A stretch of DNA of 64,000 bases from Anaerolineales bacterium (GCA_049644685.1 JBARSJ010000071.1:35829-99828), one strand, 5' to 3'. Counted from the first letter of the stretch, positions 30,996 through 41,178 are shown. The notes: generated by a model from the letters alone, not told the origin. Numbers and translations: made by a program.

Positions 30996-31553
30996 ATGAT
31001 TGATGTTAACGAATTAAGAAAAGGCGTGACATTTGAATTAGATGGACATATTTATAAAGTACTTGAGTATGATCATCATAAACCCGGCCGGGGAAAAGCT
31101 ACTATCCGGGTAGATGTAAGAGATCTTCGTACAGGCACACGTCTGAAGAAAAAATTTAACTCCGGGGATTCAGTTCAGGATATACGTCTCACCTTCAGGA
31201 ATGCGAAGTACATGTACAACGATGGGGAAATGTACTTCTTCATGGATGTTGAAACTTATGAACAGCCAGCTCTCCGGGGTGATATTCTGGGAGACACGAC
31301 CAAATTCCTTACTGACGAAATGGAAGTGAAATTAACCTTTTTTGAGGGCGCCCCCCTGGATATTGATCTGCCAACTACAGTAGATCAGCAGGTTTTGCGG
31401 GCTGATCCCTCCATTCGGGGAAATACTGCCACCAGTGTTACCAAATCTGTGACAACCTCAACCGGTCTGGAAGTAGATGTGCCGAACTTCGTCGAAGAGG
31501 GAGATACCATCCGGATCGATACCAGGAGCGGAGAATACGTCACCCGGGTATGA
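30996..31553 (+). CDS. efp: translation elongation factor P
   Basis: 185 aa, LRKGVTFELDG...HHKPGRGKATIRV loop; note Arg at the loop-tip position 32. Confidence 0.95.
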   Translation: MIDVNELRKGVTFELDGHIYKVLEYDHHKPGRGKATIRVDVRDLRTGTRLKKKFNSGDSVQDIRLTFRNAKYMYNDGEMYFFMDVETYEQPALRGDILGDTTKFLTDEMEVKLTFFEGAPLDIDLPTTVDQQVLRADPSIRGNTATSVTKSVTTSTGLEVDVPNFVEEGDTIRIDTRSGEYVTRV

Positions 31554-31885
31554 AAACTCCTGCTGGAATTGAATGCGGCTATTTTTTTGGGGATTATCAC
31601 CGTGGAAAAAACCATGAAGAATGCCGGCTTCTTGGCTCATCAAATCCTCCCCTGACCTGGCAGGCAAAATTGTGTGTAAACTGTCCTATCCCGGAGATAT
31701 TACGGGCAAATTCCTGTGAACACATGGAGCTGAAACCTGAACTCAAACGGCCTTTACCCTTTCTTCCCCAACAGATTCAAGTTAAAGCCTACTGTACAAA
31801 AACACATCAGGACGTTCAGGAACCACAGCTGGGTTGCGGGGAATGCCACGACCTTCCAGAGATATTTGTCAATAAGTTATCGTAA
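31550..31885 (+). CDS. Cys-rich hypothetical protein translationally coupled to efp
   Basis: ATG overlaps efp TGA (ATGA); 111 aa with clusters CGYFF, CRLL, CVNCP, CEH, CTK, CGEC. Confidence 0.55.
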   Translation: MKTPAGIECGYFFGDYHRGKNHEECRLLGSSNPPLTWQAKLCVNCPIPEILRANSCEHMELKPELKRPLPFLPQQIQVKAYCTKTHQDVQEPQLGCGECHDLPEIFVNKLS

Positions 31886-31910
31886 GTAGAAAAATAATAA
31901 GGGACCTAGA

Positions 31911-31950
31911 GGATCCCGGAGTTTCTAAAACTCCGGGATCCTTTACTTTT
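31911..31950. terminator. strong hairpin terminator (ancestrally shared by convergent efp-operon and mutL)
   Basis: GGATCCCGGAGTT-tctaa-AACTCCGGGATCC 13-bp perfect stem followed by TTTACTTTT. Confidence 0.75.
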
Positions 31951-32231
31951 ATCTCGGACCTGTTCTGCTTTGCTATCATGAAGAAAGTTTCGACTAAAGT
32001 CGTAGAAAGCTTGCCCTGAATCCTGAAGTGTACCGGGTGATAAATCACCCGGCTAAAAGCAGCGCCCTGAAGGGCTTGGATGAGATACTGCAATATAAAA
32101 TAAGCCCCCGTTCGGGGGCGCAGTTCTTAGCCCGGACATGAATGTCCGGGTATTCTTAAAGGGTTTCTTGATTTGATAGGATTGGTTTTTTAACTGTCCC
32201 TTTTCCTTAAATTATCTCGGACCTGTTCTGC
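31949..32231. repeat. 263-bp period: 20-bp direct repeat TTATCTCGGACCTGTTCTGC (31949-31968 and 32212-32231) bracketing an insertion-like 243-bp segment
   Basis: Both copies identical; the right copy is the last 6 codons plus stop of mutL. Confidence 0.85.
32039..32152. repeat. structured ~113-nt repeat, copy A (second copy at 41336-41448)
   Basis: Shares GATAAATC-CCCGGCTAAAA-GCGCCC...GGGC...TTAGCCCGG-hairpin-CCGGGT blocks with copy B; three local hairpins. Confidence 0.75.
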
Positions 32232-33945
32232 CAAATTTCCTTTCCAGCAAATCAACCGACAAATGAATCATTGTTGGACGTCCATGGGGACATGTCCGCG
32301 GAGATATGCAGGCTTCTAAATCCAGCAGCAATTGTTTACTCTCCTCAGGAGATAAGATCTGCCCGGCTTTTACTGAAGCCCTTTTGCAGATCCTGGCAAT
32401 AATTTTCTGTTCGATATTTTTCTCAAGCGGGGTTTCATCTTCCTCAAGATCTTCAACTGCCGCTCTGAGGATTCCTTCAGGGGATGTGCCCTGCAGCAGC
32501 GCTGGTACAGCCCGGATAACAAAAGCGCCTGGTCCAAAGCCTTCCAGGTCAAATCCTAATTCCCCAAACAATTCAAGATGTTCATTCACCAGATCTGCGC
32601 TGCTGGGGGATAACTCAACCACCACAGAATCGAGCAAAATCTGAGAAGGCACGCTTTTATCTTTGATTGAGATAAATTTCTCGAATAAAATTCTTTCGTG
32701 AGCAGCGTGCTGGTCAATCAGGTACAATCCATCGGGACCTTCCGCTATCAGATAGGTTGCGGCTACTTGCCCGATCAGCCGTAGAATTGGTGTTCCCATT
32801 CCTGCGCTGATCTGCCCGGGTTCCACTAAAGCGCCAAAAGAACCATCATCTTTCGCCATCTCCCAGGCCGGGTCTATCTGCCGCTGAACATCCCGATGAT
32901 CCGGCGCTGGACCACTCCATAACCTGACTCCCCCCAGATTACCTGCCCCTGGAACAGGAGTGTTGGCCAACAAAGCCCGTCTGACCGCCCTCCCCACGCC
33001 GCGAAAGATTTCCCCCTTATCCTCAAATCTCACTTCTGCCTTGGTTGGGTGCACATTGACATCCACCTTGTCCGCTGGGAGTTCCAGAAAGAGAACCGAA
33101 ATGGGATATCTGCCCTTCATTAATAAGGTGTGGTAAGCCTGAGTCAGGGCTTTTGTCAGGGCAGGATCCTGGACCGGGCGCTGGTTGACAAAGAAGAGGA
33201 TTTCCCGCCGGTTAGATCGCGTTAATCCCGGAGGGCTGATAAATCCATTCACCGCCAGCAGATCATCCTCGGAAAGAACCTCTATCATCTGCCTGGCTGT
33301 TCCAACGCCGTATACCGCAGTGATCACTTCCCTGAGATCTCCACTGCCGCTGGTTTGAAATACCAGCTCATCATCCTGATAAAGTTTCAGACGGACCCCG
33401 GGGTTTGCAAGCCCATAGCGGCTGACAATATCATTGATATGCCTTTTCTCTGTCCGATCGGTCTTGAGGAATTTTAATCTCGCAGGTACATTGTATAACA
33501 GGTGCTCTACCCGAACGGTTGTCCCGGGCGGTATTCCCAGCTGAGTGGATGGTTTAATTTCTCCTCCCTCTACTTTTATACTGGCACCCAGGTCCTCACG
33601 CTGGACCCGGGATATCAGTGACAGCTGAGAGACAGATCCAATCGAGGCTAAAGCTTCACCGCGGAAACCCAATGTAGAGACCCGGAACAAATCCGCCGCA
33701 TCTCGCAATTTGCTAGTTGCGTGACGGTGCACAGCCAGTGTCAGTTCCTCAGCCGGGATTCCCGCCCCATTGTCCACTACTTCAATCAGGCGTTTTCCTG
33801 CCTCGCGGACCAGAATTGTGATCTGATCTGCCCCGGCATCAAGCGCATTCTCGATTAATTCCTTCACCACTGAGGAGGGACGTTCCACAACCTCTCCGGC
33901 AGCAATTTGTGAGGCAACTTCTTCTGACAATATTTGGATGGACAT
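32212..33945 (-). CDS. mutL: DNA mismatch repair protein MutL
   Basis: MSIQILSEEVASQIAAGEVVERPSSVVKELIENALDAG GHKL ATPase N-terminus, GFRGEAL; ATG at 33945 preferred over 33972. Confidence 0.93.
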   Translation of the reverse strand: MSIQILSEEVASQIAAGEVVERPSSVVKELIENALDAGADQITILVREAGKRLIEVVDNGAGIPAEELTLAVHRHATSKLRDAADLFRVSTLGFRGEALASIGSVSQLSLISRVQREDLGASIKVEGGEIKPSTQLGIPPGTTVRVEHLLYNVPARLKFLKTDRTEKRHINDIVSRYGLANPGVRLKLYQDDELVFQTSGSGDLREVITAVYGVGTARQMIEVLSEDDLLAVNGFISPPGLTRSNRREILFFVNQRPVQDPALTKALTQAYHTLLMKGRYPISVLFLELPADKVDVNVHPTKAEVRFEDKGEIFRGVGRAVRRALLANTPVPGAGNLGGVRLWSGPAPDHRDVQRQIDPAWEMAKDDGSFGALVEPGQISAGMGTPILRLIGQVAATYLIAEGPDGLYLIDQHAAHERILFEKFISIKDKSVPSQILLDSVVVELSPSSADLVNEHLELFGELGFDLEGFGPGAFVIRAVPALLQGTSPEGILRAAVEDLEEDETPLEKNIEQKIIARICKRASVKAGQILSPEESKQLLLDLEACISPRTCPHGRPTMIHLSVDLLERKFGRTGPR

Positions 33946-34068
33946 GAAGATATTATAACGGAGTGGGGACAATGAATGGGGAAAAATCTCCCCGATTTCT
34001 TAGTCAGTTTTGCTTGATATCATTCGCGCGGTTCATCCTGCAGGATCAGGATCAGGTATAATGCGGAT

Positions 34069-34716
34069 ATGCATTTTTCTACCCTTTTTTTTGATCTTGA
34101 CGCGACACTTTATCCTGCCTCGAACGGACTATGGGAACAAATCAGACTCCGGATCTACAAATTCATGCTGGAAAAAATTGGAATCCCTGAGGCTGAGATC
34201 CCTGCCACAAGAGACAAATATTGGACCACTTATGGAACTACACTGGAAGGCCTCCGAATTCACCATCAGGTAGAGCCAGATGACTATCTGAAATATGTTC
34301 ATGATCTCCCCTTGAAGGATTTCCTGGAACCGGACCCGATTCTGCGGGACTTACTGAAGACCCTTCCCCAGGATTTATGGGTCTTTACTAACGCGGATCG
34401 CCGCCATGCAGACAGAGTTCTGAATGAGCTGGGAATTAGCGATCTCTTTTCAGGGATTGTGGACCTTCTTGCGCTGAATTTTATAGTTAAACCTAACCGA
34501 AAAGCCTACCAGATTGCACTGAAGCTAGCAGGTGTGATTGATCCTGAAAGATGTGTGATGTTTGATGACCTGGTTCAAAACCTGATACCTGCCAAAGAAC
34601 TCGGGTTTTATACCTCGCTGGTTGGGGAAAACGGTTCTAACAACCAGGTTGATATTCAGTTACAGTCAATCCATGAGATGAAAGAAAAAATGCCCCAGCT
34701 ATGGTCCCGGGAATGA
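34069..34716 (+). CDS. HAD-superfamily hydrolase (pyrimidine 5'-nucleotidase-like)
   Basis: FFDLDATLY motif I, FTNA motif II, FDDLVQN motif IV-like. Confidence 0.8.
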   Translation: MHFSTLFFDLDATLYPASNGLWEQIRLRIYKFMLEKIGIPEAEIPATRDKYWTTYGTTLEGLRIHHQVEPDDYLKYVHDLPLKDFLEPDPILRDLLKTLPQDLWVFTNADRRHADRVLNELGISDLFSGIVDLLALNFIVKPNRKAYQIALKLAGVIDPERCVMFDDLVQNLIPAKELGFYTSLVGENGSNNQVDIQLQSIHEMKEKMPQLWSRE

Positions 34717-34752
34717 GCCAGGTCAATTCCTGCCAATGATGAGGAAAAACCA

Positions 34753-37700
34753 ATGAGCGAAAAAGAGTATCCTCAGCAAATCCGATACAGCTACAGCATC
34801 AGCCTCTTGCGCGCTATCTCAATGAGCCTGGGTGTGATGCTGGTAATCTCTGTCCTTGTCCTGCTGGGTGATTTAATAACCACAGACGGAGCTTCACTCC
34901 CCGTTATTATCCTGCTGTCCTCATTAGTCATAGTAGGAAATCTGCTCGGGTACGTTGAACTTTCTATGAGCGTTCCTCAACCCGGCGGAGCTTATCGGCT
35001 TATTCAAGACTGCGAGGAAGGAAACTGGCTGGCATTTTTAACCGGCTGGGCGCTGCTTCTGGCAGGAATTACCGCTGGCGGGATCCTTATCCAGGGTTTT
35101 GCCCGGCAAAGCACTGCCCTGGTTGAAACCCTGGCTGGTATCAGTCTACCGCAATTCCCCTTTGCAGTCGGAATTCTCCTGCTCACAGCCGGGATTAAAC
35201 TTCTACCCCTCAGGAAGAACAGGAATGGCTATCTGCTGCTGCTCCTCCTCGCTATAATCCTGGTTTTCTGCCTGGCTGCTTTACCAAAAATAAATTTAAA
35301 TAACCTGGAACCAACAAGTCCTGATTGGAGTGTTTCATTTAATCTGCTGCTGATTTCTTTTCTCGGCCTGGAAATCACGGCTGGTTTGCAAGGTGAAATT
35401 ACCAAACGCACTACGAATGCTCCCAGAGCTTTGTTTATTACCCCCATACTCGCCGGTATAGTCACTGCCTTGATTGCCGGTATTGTCAGTGGAGTATTCC
35501 CTCCCGGATCCACCGCTGCGCTGGGACAGCCGCTGGCTGCGTTGGCTGATCTGGTCGCTGGAAAATGGGCCGGGGTCGGAATATTATTCCTGAGCATTAC
35601 AGCTATCCCCCTGGCATTAAACAGAATCATAACTCTCCTGACCCGCCAGGGGTATGCTATGACAAGTGATGGATTTTGGCCTGAATCCCTTAAACGAACC
35701 AACCAACACTCAAACACACCGATACTCCTAATTGCCGTCTTCACAATTCTGATTGCCCTGACACTTTTTTTCCCCCTGGATTATTTAGCCCAGCTGGGCG
35801 GGCTGCTCTACCTGATCGTGCTAATGGCGGTTAACTTCACCCTCACCAGAAGGAAACAAATCACCGCAGCTCCCTTTCACCTTCCCCTTCACCCCTGGAT
35901 TCCAGCTCTGGTTTTGGTTTTTGATTTACTGCTCATTCTGACCTGGGCAGAATACCTTCCTGCTGCTGGATTGCTGCTTTTGATCGGGTTTGCCATTTTT
36001 ATTGGATACGGACGGCACCACAGCATCAAAGCCAAAGAAGGTGTCACAGTTTTTAAATCACCCTTGGAAGAAGTGAAAACCAAACAGAGCGTTCGTGTTC
36101 TAGTCCCAATCGCTAATCCGGATACCGCGGAAGCTTTACTTCGTTTAGCCGGCACACTTGTCCGCCAGCAAGGAGGAAAAGTCATCGCCCTGCGGGTGAT
36201 TACTGTGCCCGGCCAGGTTCCCCTTTCCGAGGGCAGTTCACAGGCAGAAACCGACTATGCTCTTTTGGACCGGGCGGTAGACCAGGCAACAAAAGAGGAG
36301 TTCCGGGTTCAAACCATGACCCGCGTATCGCGCAGTGTTTCGGAAGGTATCCTGGATACCGCAAGGGAGGAACAGGTCGACCAGATTTTGCTCGGATGGC
36401 TCGGTGACACCCGCTCTATCTCTAATTCGCTGGGACCGGTTATTGACCCGGTCATTAAAAATGCTCCCTGTGATGTTTTAATCGTGAGGGGAGACCATAC
36501 TCAGGAAATAAAGTCCATCCTGGTTCCTACTGCCGGAGGTCCCAACGCTCCAATTGGAGCCCGCTTGGCAGCTACACTTTCTCAGATTTATGGGGCTGCT
36601 GTAACCGGACTGTATGTCCAGGTTGGCCGGGCTACCCCCCGCCGGATGGACGAAAACCGGCAGACTATTGAAGATACCCTAGAGGGGCTGACCTTCAACC
36701 AACCGCCTGAAAAAAAGGTAGTAATGGCCAACAATGTCCTGGATGGCATCCTTAAGGAAGCCGAAGGCTACGACCTAGTCATTGTCGGCGCCACAGAGCA
36801 GGGATCCTTTGACCAATTTGCTTTTGGAAGCATCCCCCTCAGAATTGCTGCCCAGGCGCCGAACACATCCATTATGGTCAAAGGATACAGCGGCGCCCGG
36901 GAATTCCTTTTTCGCAGAACACTGACCGCGATCTTTAACCTCTTTCCTACCTTAACAACGGAAGAACAGCTTGGGGTCCGGGAGGAACTGATTGAAGATG
37001 CGCAGCCCGGCTCAGATTATTTCGTGCTGATTGTTTTATCTTCAATCATCGCTACCCTGGGACTGCTGCTTAATAGCCCTGCAGTTGTCATCGGGGCTAT
37101 GCTTGTAGCCCCGTTGATGTCACCCATACTTGGGTTTTCACTGGGAATAATCCTTGGCGAAGGACGGTTGGTCAGGGCCTCACTGGAATCCGTCTTCAAG
37201 GGCGTAATGGCATCAATAATTGTCGCGATCATAATCGGTTTACTTTCTCCCTTAAAGGAGATGACACCCGAAATCATCTCCCGAACTCAACCGACTCTCT
37301 TGGATTTATTAATCGCCCTGGCTTCCGGTATGGCCGGCGCTTATGCGGTGAGCAGAAAAGATGTCAGCGCAGCTTTACCTGGCGTAGCAATTGCCGCGGC
37401 CCTGGCGCCGCCTCTCGGTGTAGTTGGTTTGGGGTTCGCAAATGGGAACATGCCGGCAGCTGGCGGCGCTCTACTGCTGTTCACCACTAACCTGGTCACC
37501 ATCAGTCTTGGCGGTGTAATCATCTTCACCTTGCTGGGTATTCATCCCCTGAATCTGGAACCAGAGACCAAAAAACGAATCCAGAGAGGTGTGACAGGAA
37601 TTTTATTTCTGGTCTTTATGATCACCATTCCCCTGGCAATTATTATGAACGGGATCATCAAACAAACCCGGGAACAACAGACCATTGAGCGAGTCTTGCT

Positions 37701-37905
37701 GGAATCCCCTCTCACAGAAGATATGTCCATCATCAATATCGAAAGGGCCCAGTCCCGGGACAAACTGTTGATCAGTGCGACAGTTCGATCCACAGAACCG
37801 CTGGACCAGGAGACTGTTAATGACCTGGCTACAACTTTGGAAAATGAACTGAATCGCCCCCTGGATCTGGATATAATATTCCTCCCTATCATACGATCAG
37901 AATAG
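34753..37905 (+). CDS. 1050-aa membrane fusion: APC-type permease-like domain + tandem universal-stress-protein (Usp) domains + DUF389-like membrane domain
   Basis: ~12 N-terminal TM helices; VLVPIANPDTAEALLRLA and ILVPTAGGPNA Usp-like starts; C-terminal LNSPAVVIGAMLVAPLMSPILG typical of DUF389. Confidence 0.75.
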   Translation: MSEKEYPQQIRYSYSISLLRAISMSLGVMLVISVLVLLGDLITTDGASLPVIILLSSLVIVGNLLGYVELSMSVPQPGGAYRLIQDCEEGNWLAFLTGWALLLAGITAGGILIQGFARQSTALVETLAGISLPQFPFAVGILLLTAGIKLLPLRKNRNGYLLLLLLAIILVFCLAALPKINLNNLEPTSPDWSVSFNLLLISFLGLEITAGLQGEITKRTTNAPRALFITPILAGIVTALIAGIVSGVFPPGSTAALGQPLAALADLVAGKWAGVGILFLSITAIPLALNRIITLLTRQGYAMTSDGFWPESLKRTNQHSNTPILLIAVFTILIALTLFFPLDYLAQLGGLLYLIVLMAVNFTLTRRKQITAAPFHLPLHPWIPALVLVFDLLLILTWAEYLPAAGLLLLIGFAIFIGYGRHHSIKAKEGVTVFKSPLEEVKTKQSVRVLVPIANPDTAEALLRLAGTLVRQQGGKVIALRVITVPGQVPLSEGSSQAETDYALLDRAVDQATKEEFRVQTMTRVSRSVSEGILDTAREEQVDQILLGWLGDTRSISNSLGPVIDPVIKNAPCDVLIVRGDHTQEIKSILVPTAGGPNAPIGARLAATLSQIYGAAVTGLYVQVGRATPRRMDENRQTIEDTLEGLTFNQPPEKKVVMANNVLDGILKEAEGYDLVIVGATEQGSFDQFAFGSIPLRIAAQAPNTSIMVKGYSGAREFLFRRTLTAIFNLFPTLTTEEQLGVREELIEDAQPGSDYFVLIVLSSIIATLGLLLNSPAVVIGAMLVAPLMSPILGFSLGIILGEGRLVRASLESVFKGVMASIIVAIIIGLLSPLKEMTPEIISRTQPTLLDLLIALASGMAGAYAVSRKDVSAALPGVAIAAALAPPLGVVGLGFANGNMPAAGGALLLFTTNLVTISLGGVIIFTLLGIHPLNLEPETKKRIQRGVTGILFLVFMITIPLAIIMNGIIKQTREQQTIERVLLESPLTEDMSIINIERAQSRDKLLISATVRSTEPLDQETVNDLATTLENELNRPLDLDIIFLPIIRSE

Positions 37906-38074
37906 AAATAATTGGGGTAAGATCTTATCCTTAACTTGATTCAATAAGATTGGGGCATCTTAATAATTATTTGATATACTTTTGAGAGTGAATTAATCTC
38001 CCGGTGATAACCTTTTTGGTATGACAAAATAAGTTTAGGAGATCTCCCGGGGAACTTTATAGCGAGGAAATTGG

Positions 38075-39340
38075 ATGAAAAAGAGAACCTGGATCATTTT
38101 CGGAATAGTAGGCGGGTTGATCATCATTGCCAGCGCTTTCTCAGCTGGCGCGATTGTCGGCAATATTTTATTACCCAAACCAGACCTGTCCTGGTTTTCC
38201 AAATCAACCCAGATTGTGCCAACACAAGCTGTTGATAACGCCCCAACAGTTGATCCCTCCGTCATTATCTCGACTGAGGAATTGTTTATTCCTTTTTGGG
38301 AGACCTGGGAAATCATTCATGATCAATACGTTGACCAACCGGTTGACAATACAACCTTGATGAGAGGAGCAATTTCAGGCATGCTGGATTCATTGGGAGA
38401 TCAGCATACTTCCTATATGAATCCAGACCAATATATGCAGGCCAATATTCCAATGAATGGAGAATATGAAGGAATTGGTGCCTGGGTTGATACCACGAGC
38501 GAGTACCTCACCATCATCAGTCCGATGCCTAATTCTCCAGCAGAAGAAGCCGGGTTATTACCCGGAGACCAGGTGATTATGATTGACGGGGAAGATATGA
38601 CCGGTATTGATGGTTCTCTGGTGATCAGGAAAGTTCTTGGTCCTACCGGTTCCAAAGTTGTTTTAACCATCCGCCGCGAAGGAACTCCGGAACCTTTTGA
38701 TGTCCCCATTATCCGGGAAAAGATCATCCTCCCCAGCATTGAAAGTAAAATGCTGGAAGAGAATATTGGCTACGTTCAGATCATGACCTTCGGAGCTGAT
38801 ACCCGATCTGAACTCAGAGAAAACTTGGAAGGATTGCTGGAACAGAACCCGCTTGGATTAATTGTGGACTTGCGAAATAACGGGGGCGGATACCTTCAAA
38901 CAGCTGTAGAGGTGGGATCTGAATTCATTGCCGAAGGTGTAATTCTCTATGAAGATTATGGTACTGACGAGGAAATGGAAGAATTCCACGCTCATAAGAG
39001 AGGTCTTGCTACCGAAATTCCTCTTGTTTTACTGGTCAATGAAGGTTCAGCTTCCGCATCAGAGATAGTTGCCGGAGCAATCCAGGACCATCAGCGGGGG
39101 CCTCTAGTTGGCGCAATAACCTTTGGCAAAGGTTCGGTCCAGAATTGGGTTGAGCTGAGAAATAACCAGGGTGCGGTCCGGGTGACTATTGCCCGTTGGC
39201 TGACCCCGGACAAGAGACAGATCCATGAAACAGGTCTCACCCCAGGGTTCCTGGTAGAATTTACCGAGGAAGATTTCGAGGCCGATCTGGATCCCCAGCT
39301 GGATAAAGCAATTGAAGTAATGCTGGATATGATAGATTAA
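38075..39340 (+). CDS. S41-family carboxy-terminal processing peptidase
   Basis: N-terminal TM anchor, PDZ (SPAEEAGLLPGDQVIMIDG), catalytic region LVNEGSASASEIVAGAIQD and K in TFGKGSVQ. Confidence 0.9.
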   Translation: MKKRTWIIFGIVGGLIIIASAFSAGAIVGNILLPKPDLSWFSKSTQIVPTQAVDNAPTVDPSVIISTEELFIPFWETWEIIHDQYVDQPVDNTTLMRGAISGMLDSLGDQHTSYMNPDQYMQANIPMNGEYEGIGAWVDTTSEYLTIISPMPNSPAEEAGLLPGDQVIMIDGEDMTGIDGSLVIRKVLGPTGSKVVLTIRREGTPEPFDVPIIREKIILPSIESKMLEENIGYVQIMTFGADTRSELRENLEGLLEQNPLGLIVDLRNNGGGYLQTAVEVGSEFIAEGVILYEDYGTDEEMEEFHAHKRGLATEIPLVLLVNEGSASASEIVAGAIQDHQRGPLVGAITFGKGSVQNWVELRNNQGAVRVTIARWLTPDKRQIHETGLTPGFLVEFTEEDFEADLDPQLDKAIEVMLDMID

Positions 39341-39359
39341 TTAATCAGGAAACGAAACA

Positions 39360-40058
39360 ATGTTCTACTTTAATCCACAATACCTGTTGTTCATGGCGCC
39401 GGCGATTATCGCCATGCTGGCAGCGCAGTGGTATGTAAAATCCACCTACAATAAATGGGGCAAGATACCTACCAGCTCCCGTCTGACCGGCGAACAAGCG
39501 ACTCAAAGATTAATTTCAATCGGAGGGCTGCATGATGTTGAGATTCAGCAGATTCAGGGTCAGCTGACCGATCATTATGATCCCAGGAAAAAATTGCTCA
39601 GTTTATCCCCTGCTGTCTACCAGGGCAATTCAGTTGCTTCCCTCGCCATTGCTGCCCATGAACTGGGGCATGCTCTGCAGGACAAGGAAAATTATTTTCC
39701 ACTTCGTTTAAGATCAACCCTTGTGCCGGCTGTGAACATCGGTTCCACATTGGGATGGATCTTGATTGTGGTTGGTTTGTTAATTAACGCCATTGGCCTG
39801 GCCTGGCTGGGTGTTATTGCATTCTCTGGCGGCGCAATATTTGCCCTGGCAACCCTCCCGGTAGAATTAAATGCTTCCTCCCGGGCAAAACAATTGCTGA
39901 GAGACAGCGGGGTTATCTCCTCCTCGGAAGAAGAGCGGGGAGTTAATAATGTCCTGAATGCAGCGGCGTTAACCTACGTTGCTTCCCTGTTTACGGCAGT
40001 GATGCAGCTGCTCTACTGGATTTCCATCGTCTCCGGAGGACGGGGAAGACGGCGATAA
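39360..40058 (+). CDS. membrane zinc metallopeptidase (YugP-like, Zn_peptidase_2)
   Basis: AAHELGHALQ HExxH motif, flanking TM helices, ~230 aa. Confidence 0.8.
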   Translation: MFYFNPQYLLFMAPAIIAMLAAQWYVKSTYNKWGKIPTSSRLTGEQATQRLISIGGLHDVEIQQIQGQLTDHYDPRKKLLSLSPAVYQGNSVASLAIAAHELGHALQDKENYFPLRLRSTLVPAVNIGSTLGWILIVVGLLINAIGLAWLGVIAFSGGAIFALATLPVELNASSRAKQLLRDSGVISSSEEERGVNNVLNAAALTYVASLFTAVMQLLYWISIVSGGRGRRR

Positions 40059-40146
40059 TCCAAATAACAAAAATCTCCCCCATCGACTCATCAATAAATA
40101 ATACCAGGCATAATTACCCCCAAATGATTTCTGCTATAATCATCCC

Positions 40147-41178
40147 ATGCGAAATTTCATCATCGCCGTAGGCTTGCTGCTGGGAGTGATCTTCTTAGCA
40201 AGCAATTTTACCGAAATCGAACAGATCACAGCCACCCTCCAGCGGGGAGATTGGCATTTTATTCTGCTATCTGTCTTATTGGTATTGCTCTGGCTTGTCA
40301 ATATGGCAGCATCCTATAAAACAATTTTTCATGTAATCGGAATCGAGGAAACTTTAGGTCAGCTGCTGATTCTGACTGCCGCCGCCACGTTTATCAATGT
40401 GGTTGCACCTTCCGGAGGGGTTGGCGGGGTGTCTGTTTTCATCGCTGATGCCAGGCAAAAGGGAAAAACCGGCGCCAGGGCATTGGTCGCAGGAGCTTTG
40501 TTTGTAATTTTTGATTATCTGGGATTTTTTCTGCTATTAAGTCTGGGTTTAATTGTCCTCTTCCGCAGGAATATCCTTGGCGGAACAGAGATTGCCGCTT
40601 CGGTGATCTTACTTCTTATGTTCACAGGCATGAGCTTGCTGCTCTATCTGGGGTTTAAATCCGAACAAGCGCTCGCTGATGCGCTGGCCTGGTTAGCCAG
40701 AGCTGGAAACCGCCTCTTGAAACCATTACGACGCCGCAAAGAATTCAGCGAAGAAGGAGCAAGGTCCATTGCCCATGACGCGGTAGGTGGACTTAATGAA
40801 CTGCGCAATCGCCCCCTGGAATTAATTTATCCCTTCCTTCTGGCAATCTCCAATAAATTACTCCTGCTGTTAATCTTTTTCCTGATCTTTAAAGCATTTC
40901 AAGTGCCGGCATCCATAGGCACCCTTATCGCGGGCACGAGTCTGTCTTATTTATTCCTGATTGTCTCCCCTACCCCTTATGGTTTGGGTGTCGTGGAGGG
41001 CGTCTTAACCCTTGCCCTTCGTTCAATGTATATTCCGGTCAGCGATGCGCTGGTGATTACCATAGCATACCGGGGAGTGATCTTCTGGATCCCCTTCCTC
41101 CTGGGCGCAGTGTCTGTCCGCTGGGTAGGAAGGCCGACAGAGGAGAAACTCGACAGATCACCAGAAGCAAGCGATTAG
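40147..41178 (+). CDS. flippase-like / LPG-synthase-TM (UPF0104) family membrane protein
   Basis: 343 aa polytopic membrane protein; family call from overall pattern only. Confidence 0.65.
   Translation: MRNFIIAVGLLLGVIFLASNFTEIEQITATLQRGDWHFILLSVLLVLLWLVNMAASYKTIFHVIGIEETLGQLLILTAAATFINVVAPSGGVGGVSVFIADARQKGKTGARALVAGALFVIFDYLGFFLLLSLGLIVLFRRNILGGTEIAASVILLLMFTGMSLLLYLGFKSEQALADALAWLARAGNRLLKPLRRRKEFSEEGARSIAHDAVGGLNELRNRPLELIYPFLLAISNKLLLLLIFFLIFKAFQVPASIGTLIAGTSLSYLFLIVSPTPYGLGVVEGVLTLALRSMYIPVSDALVITIAYRGVIFWIPFLLGAVSVRWVGRPTEEKLDRSPEASD

Noticed and set aside
35229-35744. 171-aa minus-strand ORF, and similar ones at 37017-37892
   Set aside because: They are antisense to the long permease-Usp-DUF389 gene. 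Their Arg/Ser/Ala-rich composition is typical of shadow frames.
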